In this document: piece by piece, positions 1-12,804 of the stretch | Layout of the letters: each line of letters opens with the position of its first letter | How positions within the stretch are numbered: position 1 is the first letter of the stretch | Source: Folioceros fuciformis | Taxonomy: Eukaryota | Assembly: GCA_049999805.1 (NCBI GenBank) | Contig: JBNGIO010006247.1 | Coordinates: 240,498-304,497 of the forward strand | Direction of reading: 5' to 3' | Length of the DNA: 64,000 nucleotides | Program-made: the position numbers and the translations under genes | Notes under the pieces: generated by a model | The model's input: only the letters and a program-made list of their open reading frames with translations | Database searches by the model: none | Told to the model about the DNA's origin: nothing

Positions 1-559
1 TGTGGTACTATGTACAGTACTGCATGTGCAGTTCATGTGGTGTGGTATGGAATAGGCTTTGTATGGAATAGGCTTTCTCTTGAAGGGGCGTTCTCTTGAG
101 TGCATCCTCTTAGAAGTGGAAGGCCAAATTGGAAGAATTGGAGTTCAAAAACCCAACAAGGTAAACTCCACATCTTGGGATTACTGAAATGGCTAGGGAT
201 CTTAGAGGCAAGGCATTGGTTGCTTATAGAAAGCCGTAGGTGGAGCTCACAAGTTTCACTATGGTGATTGAGAGTAGAACGTCGACAATAGTGAAGTAGT
301 ATAATTATGAGGATCTAGTCAAGGACATCTTGAGAGAAGAGTTTCCTAGGACATCGTCAAAAAAGGTATATGAGCTAATGCAATTTGTGCGAAAGCAAGG
401 AGAGACTTTGAAGATGATGTACTGGAGGTTGTAAAAGCAAGTGGAAGACATTGAAATCCAAAGCGGGAAGAAGGAGTAGAAACATTGGCATTTGTGTCAT
501 TGTCATTGTTGCACCCTAAATAGGTAGCAATTATAGCCCATATTATGTATAACAACATC

Positions 560-1460
560 TAAAATATATTGGCTTTCTCGTGAAACCTGCCTTTCGTCTT
601 TTCCAACGCTATATTTCATCTCTTTACAGCCCAAAAATATACCATATCACACATAAAGTGTTAGCAACGGCCGACCGCTCACCTACTGCATGTTTGGAAC
701 GACTGCTTTCATATGCCTATGCATGGGCATCCAGTCAGGGCATAAACATGGTGTCCATAAAGATTCACAAAATATACACTTATTGATGAGCAGAGTGGTT
801 GCCTGGTGCACTTAACTGCGCGCCTCCACTATTTGCAAGTTTGCATCCTACCACTACTACATTACGGGGTAGTTTGTTACACTTGCTTGAAACACTTTTG
901 AAATGTGCTACAAACTATAACAAAGCATTACAAGTTGCAAGTCTGAGTGTGAACACTCTCTAACATTTGTAAGGCAGGCGCGTTGTAGTGCCTTGGAATC
1001 AACTTCTCAACAAACAAGCTGAGGAGCAAGTGGACATTAAGCTTCCTAGGGAAAAACATCTCTTTCATGAGGCAAATCAGCATCTTCGCCCGAACTTGTG
1101 CCCGAACTTCGTACTTCCAAATCCATAGAATGTGGCTAACCACTGTCTTTTGCGTTCGAGATGCATCCACAAAACGGGAATTGACCCACCCACTGACCCA
1201 GAGAACGGGAATAGGACCAAAGGTTTCCAATGTGTACATAGTATGCTTCCTCTTCATGGACACACACCATTCTTTGTCCAACAGGCCTTGTTCAAGCAAT
1301 GCTGCACAAATGTCTTGTAGAGCCTTCTTCTCCTGCAATGTGAACAAATTCTCAAGATCCATCCTTGGAACCGGCCCAGATCTTCCATTATTATTGTTGC
1401 AGGATTTGCAACCATTGCCGAGGCCCCATTACTTTGTCTTTTTGGCTATCACCTGCTGAA
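560..1460 (-). mobile_element. Degenerate TE-like coding relic, possibly SWIM zinc-finger/MULE-related
   Basis: 144-aa ORF (928-1362) continues downstream in stop-broken frames containing CLCPDW, reminiscent of the SWIM CxC motif. No intact gene. Confidence 0.25.
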
Positions 1461-1759
1461 ATGGCATTTTTTACTATTGTCTTGAGTCGAGGCAGACCCC
1501 TTGTGGAAGGTCACATGTGTAGAAACAACCCCCCCCCCGACGGTCGGTTCGGATGACTCCTGTCAACTTTTTTGCATTCCAAGTGATAAGGCACTCAACT
1601 ACTGCCGAGGCCAGGCCTTTTATACTGAAAACGTCCTTGGACCTTGGTAGTAGTGTTCCTTGGGTTTTGTTTTTGCAATAACTAGTCATTGGCTCATGAC
1701 CTACTGGTGTGGGCCAAGCCGGCTAGGAGTTCCTTGGCTCTTGGGTGGCTTAGAGCACC

Positions 1760-4260
1760 CAAGTGCCTATATAAGGAGGGAAGGGCCGCCTTCCGCCACT
1801 GTTGCTTGTTTAGGTGGGGTGATGGTTCGTTCCCCCATGGTGGCTAAGTATAGGATGTGTAGGCATGACCAAGGTGAAATTAGCAACCCCTAGTGGCGTA
1901 TCTTGAACAAATAGGGAATGAAAAGAACTCCCAATCGCGGAGCGCAACTAGGAGAAGCACCCGCGGACACCACGACTGGGAGCGACTTCCGTGGTGGGTA
2001 GAAACCTGGGTAGAGGGAGGAATCGATGTGCAAGACCGGGCGGGGGCAGTAAGGAGGGTGCGATCGTGAAGGCGAGGCCAGGGGAGGTACTCTCCTGAAG
2101 AAACTTGAGGAAGTGGGAAGCGCAACAACGTCTCGAGCAGGGGAAGGAGAGCAAGTCACCGAAAAGGGGGCTGGGGTCTATGGGAATTTGACCAGGAGTA
2201 AGGCGGGTGATGACGACTCAGTTAGGGATAGTAATTCCCACTACGAAATGGCCCAACATGGACCATTGGAAAGTAAGAGCTAGTGGGTTGGTGTCGGAGA
2301 TGGGTCTTGGGTCTATGGAGAAGAAATGGCATCATGATAGTCCCGTTTTGGTGCAGGAGTGTGCCTCCTTCCTAAGGAATACGATACAAGAAGGGTCGCT
2401 GAGGCAGAAACCACAAGATTGGAGCCTGGAACTTTTTCGAGAAGTATATGGACGAGTGGAAGTGGAACGAGGGGGAGTAGTGATCGACCTTCAGAGGAAG
2501 AAGACCCTTAAAACTGCAGTGGCCGCACTTATGAAGCTTGGAGAGGTGAGAACTAACAATGGATGGGTGGTTCGGGAACTGATTTCAGGACAATTGGTTG
2601 GGTTGGCCAAGTGGGTCCTATGCTTCTTACAGAGCAAGAAATTAGACCATAATGGCCGACCATTTTCTGGTCTTTCTCCATGAGGGGGTCAGTGGTGTGC
2701 TAGTGGATTGAAATCGAATTATTTTCGAGCATGCCTACAAGGAGAGAGCCAATTTACTGACGGCTTCTCCCTATCCTTCCTTCATATTATCTTTCATTTT
2801 TCACCTCTTCACTCACACCAAGTGTTTGACAGAGTTGGAAGTGATGTCTTCCCTTCATAGTTGGAAGCTGGTCAGAGAGGTCAAGGTTGAGGAAGAAGAG
2901 CACAAGGATGTCTCGGGGGAAGATTCTAGCAGTTGGGAACTTGAGCCATCAGGGGATTCCGAGGGGAAGGTCGCGACAACTAGAAAGAGGAAAGTCCAGG
3001 CAATGGGGCGAAAGGTGGCAAAGAGGGGGAAGACCATAGCAGGTGAGCAAGAAGTGACAACCCCATCTCGAGTCACCAGGTCTAGGGCTGCCACAGAGTC
3101 GCGGGAGGATCAATGGAAAGGGAAAAGGTAGACTGCCCCTACCTTGGTGCTGGAAAATGAAGCACCAAGAGTTAATGAGCCAGTAGCTAGGGCAAGAGGG
3201 TTAGCACTTGTGGTGGAGGCTTTTGAGCAGTGGAAGGATGTTTTCAGGGCCACTCCCTTAAACTGTCGAGTAGGAGTGGAAGCAAGGAGCATGGCTCGTG
3301 TGAAGGAGTGGCTGAGGAAAAGAATGGACACGAGAGCAACCCAGATTAGAGATTTACATGGACTGACCTCAGCCATGGCCTAGACCCTGATAGACCTCCT
3401 CAACTGGGCCGCCATGGTGCTCACATGGCTCAGCATGTAGGGGCAACAAGAGAAGCTGCTGAAGGAAGTTGAAGGCAAAAACAAGGCGGCAGAGGACCGT
3501 AAGCGAGCAAGCGAGGAGTCTCTAGGTAAAGTACATGAGGAATTGAAGGTGATGGTGAAACAATAGGAAGCCCTAGTGAATCAGGTGAAGACAACACATG
3601 CCACAATCAAGGAGCTTCAAAATGAAATCTCCTAAGCCCAGGGTCTAGTGGCGGTAGTGGAGACATTTAAAAAGCTGGCCAAGAAGTATAAAAGGGAGCG
3701 GGATGAGGCCAGAGCCAAGGTCAAGAATGAGGCAGGGAAATTAAAGAAGGCGAAGGGTTCAACCACTACGGTAGCCAAAGCAACAACCGTGGTGGAATCG
3801 GCCACGATTGCCGAAACAGGAACCAAGATGGCTGAATTGGCCATTGTAGTGGAAGGAGGGACAGGGGTAGTGGAACCAACCACCAACGAAGTTATGGCAA
3901 AGGAGTATGCAACACCCCTGGAAAACAAGAGGCAGCCATCCCAGGACTATCAACGGGAGGAGTAGGAGGGGGCATGAAGTAATGGCTGCACACTTTATTA
4001 GCCATGGGTTGTTACCAATGGTTCTTTCGAATGGGTGCTGGGGCATATCCCTCACAGATGAGGCTTGAGGAGATGACGGAGGAGGACCACACAATGTGGT
4101 TGTCCAATGAGGAAGAGCCAAGAGAGGGTTTAAGAAGAGGAGAGGTAGCCGTGGACAGTGAGAGTGAAGTGGAGCTGCTATGGCAAGATCTTTCGGATCA
4201 ACGAAGGGGGAGAAGGGCTAGGGGAATTCCAATGGACCGGAAGCAGAAGCGGCCATAGAG
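1760..4260 (+). mobile_element. Decayed retroelement-associated ORF region (purine-rich, coiled-coil-like)
   Basis: ORFs 2826-3131, 3144-3383 and 3648-3965 share one frame broken by stops; E/K-rich helical product; no introns; TATA-like ctatataa at about 1767; abuts the copia LTR. Confidence 0.45.
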
Positions 4261-4267
4261 AAGATGG

Positions 4268-4399
4268 GAGAGCGCAAGGGGCAAGCAAGCAAAAACGGTA
4301 ATGTTTCATTTCACAAGAAAGTGTATATATATAACTAGGTATTTAATTAAGTATATAACCTAATTATAAAACTAACCTAAACTAAAATAATTTACTTTA
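4268..4399 (-). repeat. 3' LTR of the copia element (outer end missing)
   Basis: 132 bp matches 10591-10722 with about 8 substitutions. A purine tract on the minus strand (plus-strand atccctctt, 4400-4408) adjoins it as a PPT. Confidence 0.9.
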
Positions 4400-4715
4400 A
4401 TCCCTCTTAGTTGAAATAATCAGTGTAAGAGAAACATGAAAAGTAGGCTAATGTAAACCATAACACTAAAACCCAAACATACAACTATCTCCCTCTTAAG
4501 CTCCTAAAGAGGGTAAGGCCTTAGTGTTGTAGTTGAGCTGCGCACGATTAGCACAAACTTTGTGGCTTCATCCACTGCGCTGATCAATATACCAAATATA
4601 TTAATGTGCAGAGCCAATCTTGGACACTGCAGCAATGAGCTTGAGACCTGCTGCTGAAGAATGCTTGGCATGTAGATTTTGAGGTAGAGCCTTGGTTAGC
4701 AAGTCAGCAATATTC

Positions 4716-7700
4716 TCACGTGTTGGAATATAACAAACTTCCACCTCGCTTGTATGCAGCTTGTCTTATAAAATGATGAGTAATTTCTATATGCTTCAAC
4801 CTCGCATGAAAAACGGGGTTCTTCGAGAGTGCAATAGCAGATTGGTTATCACACCATAAAACTGTTACACCCGATGGCAATTGCTGTATACCTCTCACAA
4901 AAGAACGTATCCAAATCACTTCTCTCGCTGCTTGTGACAAAGCTCCATATTCGGCCTCCGTAGATGATAAGCAAATGGTAGCCAGCTTCTTACTTGACCA
5001 GGAAACCACAAATCCACCTAGTAAATTGCAATATGCTGCAACACTCTTCCTATTGTCCGAGTCTCCGGCCCAATCAGCATCACAGAATGAAGTAAGCATT
5101 AAACCACCAGGTTGCTTAGTGTAAGTAAATCCAAATCTAGGGGTGCCCTTGAGATACCTAAAAATCCTCTTTACGGCTGTCCAATGAACTTCCCCCGGAT
5201 TTTTAAAAATTGAGAAACACTACTAACAGCCCTGGCTATATCTAAATGCGTCCATGCTGCAAAAAAAATGAGGCTACCTACAACTTGCCTATAAGGGCGA
5301 GTTGCCATAATATCCTTTTCAGCTTACGTTGATGGACACTGCTCCTAGGATAATTTTATCTCCTATTGACACTGGAGTAGCAACAGGGCGTGCATCTGCC
5401 ATATTGAAGCACTGCAAAAGTTGGTTCACAAAATGTTCCTGATGTATCTCAACAGTATGCCTATCCTTAGAGAAGTGAAATTGAACGCCAAGTGAAAAGC
5501 TAAGTTGGCCCAAGTCGAACATGTCAAAGCGAGAAAGCAAAACATTCTTGATTCGGGCCATCAATGCAGTAGAGGTACAAAACAAAAAGTTGTCATCAAC
5601 ATAAACTGTCAAAATAAGAAAATCTACACCGTCCCATAAAATATAAACACTGCTGTGAGCATCAAGGCATGTAAATCCAAGCTCAATAAGTAAGGCATGG
5701 AAAGTTTCATTCCAATCCCTACCGGATTGTTTCAAGCCATACAAAGTCTTTAACAGCTGACAAACTTTGTTAACATCTTCTATAAAACCTTCCGGTTGGG
5801 ACATATATATTTCTTCCTCTAAGAACCCATTTAAAAAGGCAGTCTTTACATCTAGCTGATGTACATAAAGACCATAATGGGCAGCCAAGGAAAGCAATAT
5901 TCTAATTGACGTGGATTTAACAACTGGGGAAAAAGTTTCATTGTAATCTAGCCCTGCAACCTGACTATAACCTTTGGCAACTAACCTTGCCTTATAACGT
6001 CCAACACTACCATCGGTGTTCAACTTCTTCTTGAAAACCCATTTGCAAGCAACAGGCTTGCGACCCTTGGGTAAATCAACTAATTTCGAGGTTTTGTTGG
6101 CTATAAGGGAATCATACTCTGACTTGATAGCCTTTTGCCAATGTTCAGCTTCAGGATTAGAAATGGCTTCATTATAAGTGACTGGTTCAGAAGTATCAAA
6201 ATTCTTAAATGTTGGAGAAGTATTTGAAACTTGACCAGCTACAAAAGGTGGCTCAGACCATTCACTACGAGGTGGTCTATGGCGTGTAGATCTACGCAAA
6301 ACGGGCTCAGGTGTAGGCTCAACTGGATCAGGTATGGGCTCAGGATCAGACGAAGGAGAGTCAGAATCAAAAGTAACAACAAGATCAACTTCCAAGGGTT
6401 CATCAAAGGAGGGAACTACAGAAGACTCATTTGGTAGAGAAGATTCAGGTGCTAGGGGAGCACTAGGAAGATGAGCTTGTGCATGTGAATCGGATGTTGT
6501 AGCCCCCCCTGAACCCGAGGAAGGTGAACTGGAAACATCATCAGTATCAAAAAAAGAGACATCAACATTAGCATCAGTATTGTAATCAGCCAAGTCATCC
6601 ACTCCATTAATAGAAATAGAAGAATTAAAGGAAGCAGGATCCAAAGCTGTTTCATAACGTCGGAGAAGAGCATTCTCATGAAAAACAACACTCCGAGAAA
6701 TGGAAACTTGCCGAGTACGTGGATCAAAAAGCTTATATCCCTTTACCTCATCTGAATAACCAATAAAAATGCGGCGAATAGCTTTAGGATCGAGCTTACT
6801 CCGAAGTGTAGAAGGGATCAAAGCATATGCTGGTGCTCCAAATATACGTAGGTGAGTGATCCGTGGCTTCTTCCCAGTCCATCGCTCATAAGGGGTAACC
6901 AAACCAAGCTCCTTTGTAGGCAACCTGTTCTGCACATAGTAGCTGCCATAAGAGCTTCAGCCCAATATCTCCTAGTGAGTCCTGCAAATGCTAAGCTGGA
7001 AAGTGTAGCCTCTTGAAGTGTCCTATTCTTGCGTCCAGCGAAAGCATTATGAGCTGGAGTATAAGGAACTGTAAATTGATGAAGAACTCCCTTTCCAGCA
7101 CAAAATTCGGTGAAGGCATTGCTTGTATACTCACCTCCATTATTAGTCCTAAGAATTTTCAGCTGATGACCTGTCTGATGTTAAATACATCTGAAAACAT
7201 GACAGGGCTTCACTCTTGTGTGCAAGAACAAAAACTGTACTATAGCGGCTCCACTCATCAATAAAAGTGATGAAATATGATGCTCCACCAAATGACATGG
7301 TTGACATGGGGCCACATATATCACTATAGATAGTGTGGAGGAGGCTCGTAGCTCTTGACAAGTTTTGGTCTCTAAAAGGTTGTGAAATTGCCTTGCTCAA
7401 TTGACAGGAGTCACAAAAGGCTCGATTATCAAAAGAAAAAGACAAAGTGTCTCTAAAAACGGAATTATTCACTAAAGTGAAAAGCCTATTAAAATTTACA
7501 TGTCCTAATCGACAATGCCAAAGCTGAGTTGGAGAGAGACTAGAAGCTTGGGTAACGTTAGCAGTAGCAGACTGATAGTACAAAGTTTTGACATTCAAAA
7601 GGTACAAATCATGAAAAGGTGTTCCTGTGAATAGGTCAGCTTGAACACTATTGCTAATCACAGAACAACCTATATGGTCAAAACAAACTCTACAAGAATG

Positions 7701-8927
7701 TTCCTCTGTGAGCTTCATAACTGACATGAGATTCTTGGTCATGGAGGGGACAAACAACGCACCTGAGATGGTGAGAGATGAACTGTCAGGGAGATGTATC
7801 TTGACTAATCCTGTACCTTTAATGGATAAACCATTGTCATCACCCAAAAGAACAAACTGGTGATGATTAGAAGTAGGGTTAAAAATAGTGAAAGCATTTC
7901 TCTCAAAACAGATGTGGCTGGTTGCCCCTGAGTCGAGGAACCACATGTCATTCTGGTTCTGGACATAAGATAAGCAAACTGCTAAGATGGAGGGTGTTTT
8001 GGGCAGACCTTTAGACGTGGCTACATTAGATGCTGGAATGGAACTTGAACTTTCCTTCCTGGGCTCACCAGCCCTTTTCTTCCTACAATCCTTCTCAAAA
8101 TGACCAGGTATCTTGCACCAGTTGCAAGTGAAGGTATGCCTTTGAAGGTTGGGTTGTCGAGAGGTTGAAGCTCCTCCTCGTCCTGAGCCCCAACGTCCTC
8201 TGCCTCGATTGCCTCCACGTCCTCTTGAGGCAAACAAAACTCGGTTGCCTTGCTGCATATTAGGCTTCAACTTGTGAAGGCTCCTACGGCGTTCTTCAAC
8301 AATCAAAGCTCCAAATACTTGCGCCAATGTTATATTGGCACCAGGTCCTGCTGCTTGAAGAGTAGCATTCTGAGAGCTAATAAACTGAGAATAACTGTCA
8401 GGCAGTGATGCTAAAAAGGAAATAGCTGCTTGAAACTCAGTGAAGGTAGTCCCACAATATGCAAGTGTCGCACGAGCTGTGTGAAACTTATTGATATAAG
8501 ACTCAACAGTCTCATTATCCTTCATTCGAATATTGAAAAAATCTCGATGCGCAAGAATAAGGGAAACAGAACTCTTATCTCTATAGATGAGTTTGAAGTT
8601 GTTCCAAATTGCTGCTGAGGTGTCAGCATCCATGGTATGTGGCATCATGTTGCTGTTAAGGGATGCCAAAAGAATTGACCGGGCTCTCATGTCCTTCCTT
8701 TGCCATGCAATTATATCAGCAGCATTTGCATTGTTGGGCTGTGCTGCTGGTTTGGGTTCTGTCCCATTCACGATGGACATGAGCTCATGCTCCTCCAAAA
8801 TCTGGGTCAGCCTCATCGCCCAGATGTGGTAATCATTACCATTAAAGCGATCCTTGTCCTTGAAATCAATTTTCAAGGAACCTGGAGTGACCACCATAGC
8901 TTGCACAAGGGTGTTGACAGGAGGCAC
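4716..8927 (-). pseudogene. Copia gag-pol polyprotein, fragmented (7149-8927, 5319-6935, 4716-5099)
   Basis: Canonical copia motifs spread over three ORFs separated by frameshifts. Confidence 0.93.
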
Positions 8928-10535
8928 TGGTTGTTGAGATGTGCTGGCTCCTGAATTTGCAGCTTGTCCAATAGAAATTCCAACTCCAGTAGCAGGTTAG
9001 CCTGCCGTACCTACAAGGGTGCTTGCAGAACCAGCAGGGTAGCTTGCTGTAGGAGCAGGGACACTTGTTGGCCTCAAATCGGGGCTAGGGCTAGGTTGTG
9101 GAATGTTGCCCCAAAAACACCTTAAGTTGTCGAAAGATGGAGTTCCTGCTTGTTGTTCATTGGTACCAGTAGTGGAATCGAAGATAGGTGAAGTGGGTTC
9201 CTCCTGTAAATCCAATCTGCCAAGGTCCAAGTCTTCGCCTTCATCAGATTCGTCGGACCCTAATAAGGGCAAACTTGGACGCATGTCCAAACCTCAAATT
9301 TGTCAAGGATGTTGCACGCAAGAGCATCCTGGTGAAAATAACTTGGCCAGATACATGCACTTCTCCTCTTCAAGCGGGTTAACCATCAAAGAAAGCTGAT
9401 TAATTCGAGATATGAGGCAAAACAGGGCGTCTTGTAGTGCTGGAATCCGAGTAGCAGTATCTCTAAGGTTGTCCTCAATTTGCCGTCGTCGCAAGCTTCG
9501 AGAAGTAGAAATCGGTGGGCGCGCATTTAGATTGGCTTTGGTAAGATTTCTGGCTGGTATGGCAGGGGCTCGGCTCACCGGGTTTTGGACAGTGCTTTGG
9601 AATGCAGCGCGGTGGGCATCTGAGTATGAATAACTGCTGGGGCATCTGGCACGGGGTTCCTGCAATTGGCAATGCAAACAGATGAAACTTGTTTCTGGTC
9701 TGGGTGATGGTGTGGATGGAGGGCAAACACTCCTGCTCTGCACGCGAGAAGTCGTCTTGCACCTCGGCATTGTCTCTCGCATCTCAGCATCATCATTAAA
9801 AAAACATTGAAGCAATCTTGTGTTTTCCCCATGCCGCACTTCAGTTGCTTCAAGATTGCTCATCGCTTCAACATCTTTCAACAATCTCCTCTGTCCTTGG
9901 CCATAAGGGATGGCGTCGAAGAGAAAAAAAAGAAGGGGCGAGTGCCCTCTGGATCCCGCTGCGCGTGAGCCCGCTATTGCCACAACAATCTGTTGCTGCC
10001 ATGGCGACCTGCACAAATCTGGATTGGGTTCAAAAATTCCAAGGCACTGGGTGGGGAATGACTCCTGCCCTCACATCACACTAGCTTGTAGGCCTGTCCA
10101 TCAATGTGATCTTAGGTGTGTTGTTGATCAGTGCTGCAAGTGTCACGTGCGATCCAGATCAAGGCGAAACAAACCATAGGGCTGGCTTCACAGCTATGGC
10201 TAGCGCGCCAGTCAGAGAGGCTGGAAGCGGCTCCAAAGGCCGAGACAAAGAGCAGCCATCTGCCTTCTCGTCACACCGGCCAATCTCTCATCTTCCATCC
10301 CTGCCCGGCTTCAAGTCTCGTCGTGTAGAGCGCCTCCTGGATGTGCGACCAGATCTGGATCACATGCCACTGAGCCTCGATGGTGGGCAGATTCCGATTG
10401 TTCATGCCCTGGCTTAGGCTGTCAGCCCGAGGCTGCTCCTTTCTCCTAATTGCACGAAATCATACGATTTGAGCATGAACGCCATGATTTCAATCCAATT
10501 ACCGGACCGTGCTGGTGGGGTGGATCAAATTGCAA

Positions 10536-10547
10536 GCTCTGATACTA
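10536..10547 (-). promoter_or_regulatory. Primer-binding site, tRNA-iMet type, one mismatch
   Basis: Minus strand reads TAGTATCAGAGC versus canonical TGGTATCAGAGC, directly inside the 5' LTR. Confidence 0.8.
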
Positions 10548-10724
10548 TTTAGCGGATTGTGTGTGTGCTGGTGCATGGGCACGGGAACGAGAGAGCACAA
10601 GGGGCAAGCAAGCAAAAACGGTTATGTTTCATTTAACAAGAAAGTGTATATATATAACTAGGAATTTAATTAAGTATATAACCTGATTATAAAACTAACC
10701 TAAATTAACATAATTTCCTTTACA
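10548..10724 (-). repeat. 5' LTR of the copia element (about 177 bp)
   Basis: Begins TGTAAAGG on the minus strand, ends at the PBS, and matches 4268-4399. Confidence 0.88.
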
Positions 10725-11882
10725 CGGTAGACTAGGAGTCACACTAGGTCAAATTTTAAAAAGATAGCAAGCTAATGAATTCTGAACCAAAGATTGTTGA
10801 CCTTAAGGGTGTGTCAAGAACATATAATTATTTCTTAAGACTCTGAAAGGCTGCGGCAGTAATGTTGTTCAAGGCCAAATGTGTAAGGGACCTGGTTGTG
10901 TCTCTCTCTTTAGACAATTTTAGGTGTGAGCTTCCGTGACTTGAATTTGTGCGTTGTGGGTTGGAGACATCTGATCGATGGAGGCTGGATTTGGCATGTT
11001 GTCCTCTCGTCACAAGAGGACCAGGAAGATCCCTGAGTAGTCGAGAGCTATGTAACCAAGGTTCGTGACCGGGGTGGCTAATAGAAGGGGTGCTATGCAC
11101 CTGTGAGGAAGAGAAATTTTTGCAGAAGGTCAAGCTGGGAAAGCGAGTTTAATGAAACCCCTAGAAAGCTGAGGAGGAGTGCGAGTTTTGCAAAACTCTT
11201 ATGAGCCGTCTGGCTGTGATTTTTCCCTTCCTCACTATGTTGTCTAACCGGGCCGTGTTTAATCTCAGTGAGGGGTCTGTGCGGCCCAAGGTGGAGGATT
11301 GAGTGAAGATTTGGTGTGTGAGAAGTGTGAATGTTTGAAATTGTGAAGCGTTGAAGAAGATTGGAGGTGGATTGCGTAGAGAATCAGTGATGTAGTGAAG
11401 TGCCGCGGTGTGGTTGGCCCTAATCAGCATCTACTAGTGAGATCTGGTTGTAGAATAATGTGAGTATGGCTTGGTGTGCATGAGAATCAGCCTACATAGG
11501 CCATAGCTCTATCACAGGCATGGGTAGAAACCCCACGTCATCCAGGTGCTGCAATATGCACGTGCGCCGAACGGGTGGGTCTTAGCATGGTGGCAAAATC
11601 CCCTACTGCGGTTGCTGAAACTACTACTGCGGTGGTGGATGTCACTACGGTGGCGGAGTCAGGAACGATGGTGGTGAACTTAGGCATGGTGGGGGAGTAC
11701 GTCCGGGTAAGAACTGTCAGTACATAGTATTGAAGTCATAGATTTACAACAACTTGACACGAACCATTTCTTTGGGATTGATATCTAGGACTACAACAAC
11801 ATAGAGGGTGAATATAGGTATCATTGTGTCCCTAGATACAAAATTTCACTCCACCACCCCCCCCCTAACCAGCATCACTGTC

Positions 11883-12031
11883 CCATGAGGTTCCTTTGCG
11901 TTTGGGTTCTCCTAAACCACTCTCCTATCCATTTGAGATTCCTTTGTGTTTGGGTTCACCTAAACCACTCTTCTATCCATTTGAGGTTCCTTTGTGTTTG
12001 GGTTAACCTAAACCACTCTCCTATCCATTTG
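11883..12031. repeat. Tandem repeat, about 48-bp unit x3
   Basis: ccatttgaggttcctttgtgtttgggttcacctaaaccactctcctat repeated three times. Confidence 0.85.
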
Positions 12032-12280
12032 CATATTCATGACATGAATCTGCAAAAATTCGCCAAAGCACGCACAAAAACGGGGAGACAGAGCAGAGAG
12101 AGAAGGAAGGGGGAGTGGAAACGGGGAAGGAAAAGATGGGGGGCAGAGAGAAATAGGAGAGAGAAACATACACCGGGTGTGTATGCCGGTGGCCGGTGAG
12201 GAGGGGCATGGCTCCGTTGGAGCGCCTTGGGAAGCGCGCGACATTACTTTGTCCGTGTCATTAGCTCATGCCCCAGTGGA

Positions 12281-12555
12281 AGAAAGTGTGTGATAGAGGG
12301 TTCTCGTGACCGGATCGGGACGCCACAATTGGCGGACCAGAAAGAAGAAACGTGTCAGATATTGTTGTCGTGGCTGTATCGGGACTCCGACGGACAGCTG
12401 GGCGCAGCAGAGAAAAGCATGTGTAAGAGAGGGTTATCATGAGTGCATCGAGACTCCGACGCCCCGATGAGCGCACTAGAAAAGAAAGTGTCAGAGAGCT
12501 CTGGTTATGACGCTGATCCAGGATCGGAACGCCGACCTCTCATAGGGAGGCACCG
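12281..12555. repeat. Degenerate tandem repeat, about 60-75 bp x4, upstream of ABCC
   Basis: Recurring agaaa...gtgtcaga...ggtt...atcgggactccgac...gcgcac units. Confidence 0.5.
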
Positions 12556-12804
12556 AGCCTATACGGCCAAGTTTATGATTGCCCACGTCATATGCGGAGT
12601 TTGTCGGGATAGTAAGTAGTGCACACCCTGCGCCTGCGCGTGTGCGCAGGATTCTGGAGGAGAAAAGGATGCCATCGTGTTTTAGCCGGAAATCAGCATA
12701 ATATCGGGTGGCTGGCCCGTATCTCTAGCTTGAGATGGAACAAGCAAGGATGGGAGCTGAGTTTGTGCATATCTCGTTCGCAGGGCTTGGCAAAAGATCC
12801 GCAG

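Larger units (their letters stand above)
4268..10724 (-). mobile_element. Ty1/copia LTR retrotransposon, degenerate
   Basis: Order gag (CNWCKIPGHFEKDC zinc knuckle), protease (WFLDSGAT), GAG-pre-integrase (LWHCRLGH), integrase, RT (LDVKTAFL, YVDD), RNase H (CDADWAGD, LWCDNQSAI). Paired LTRs. Frameshifts near 7160, 6940 and 5350. Confidence 0.95.
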
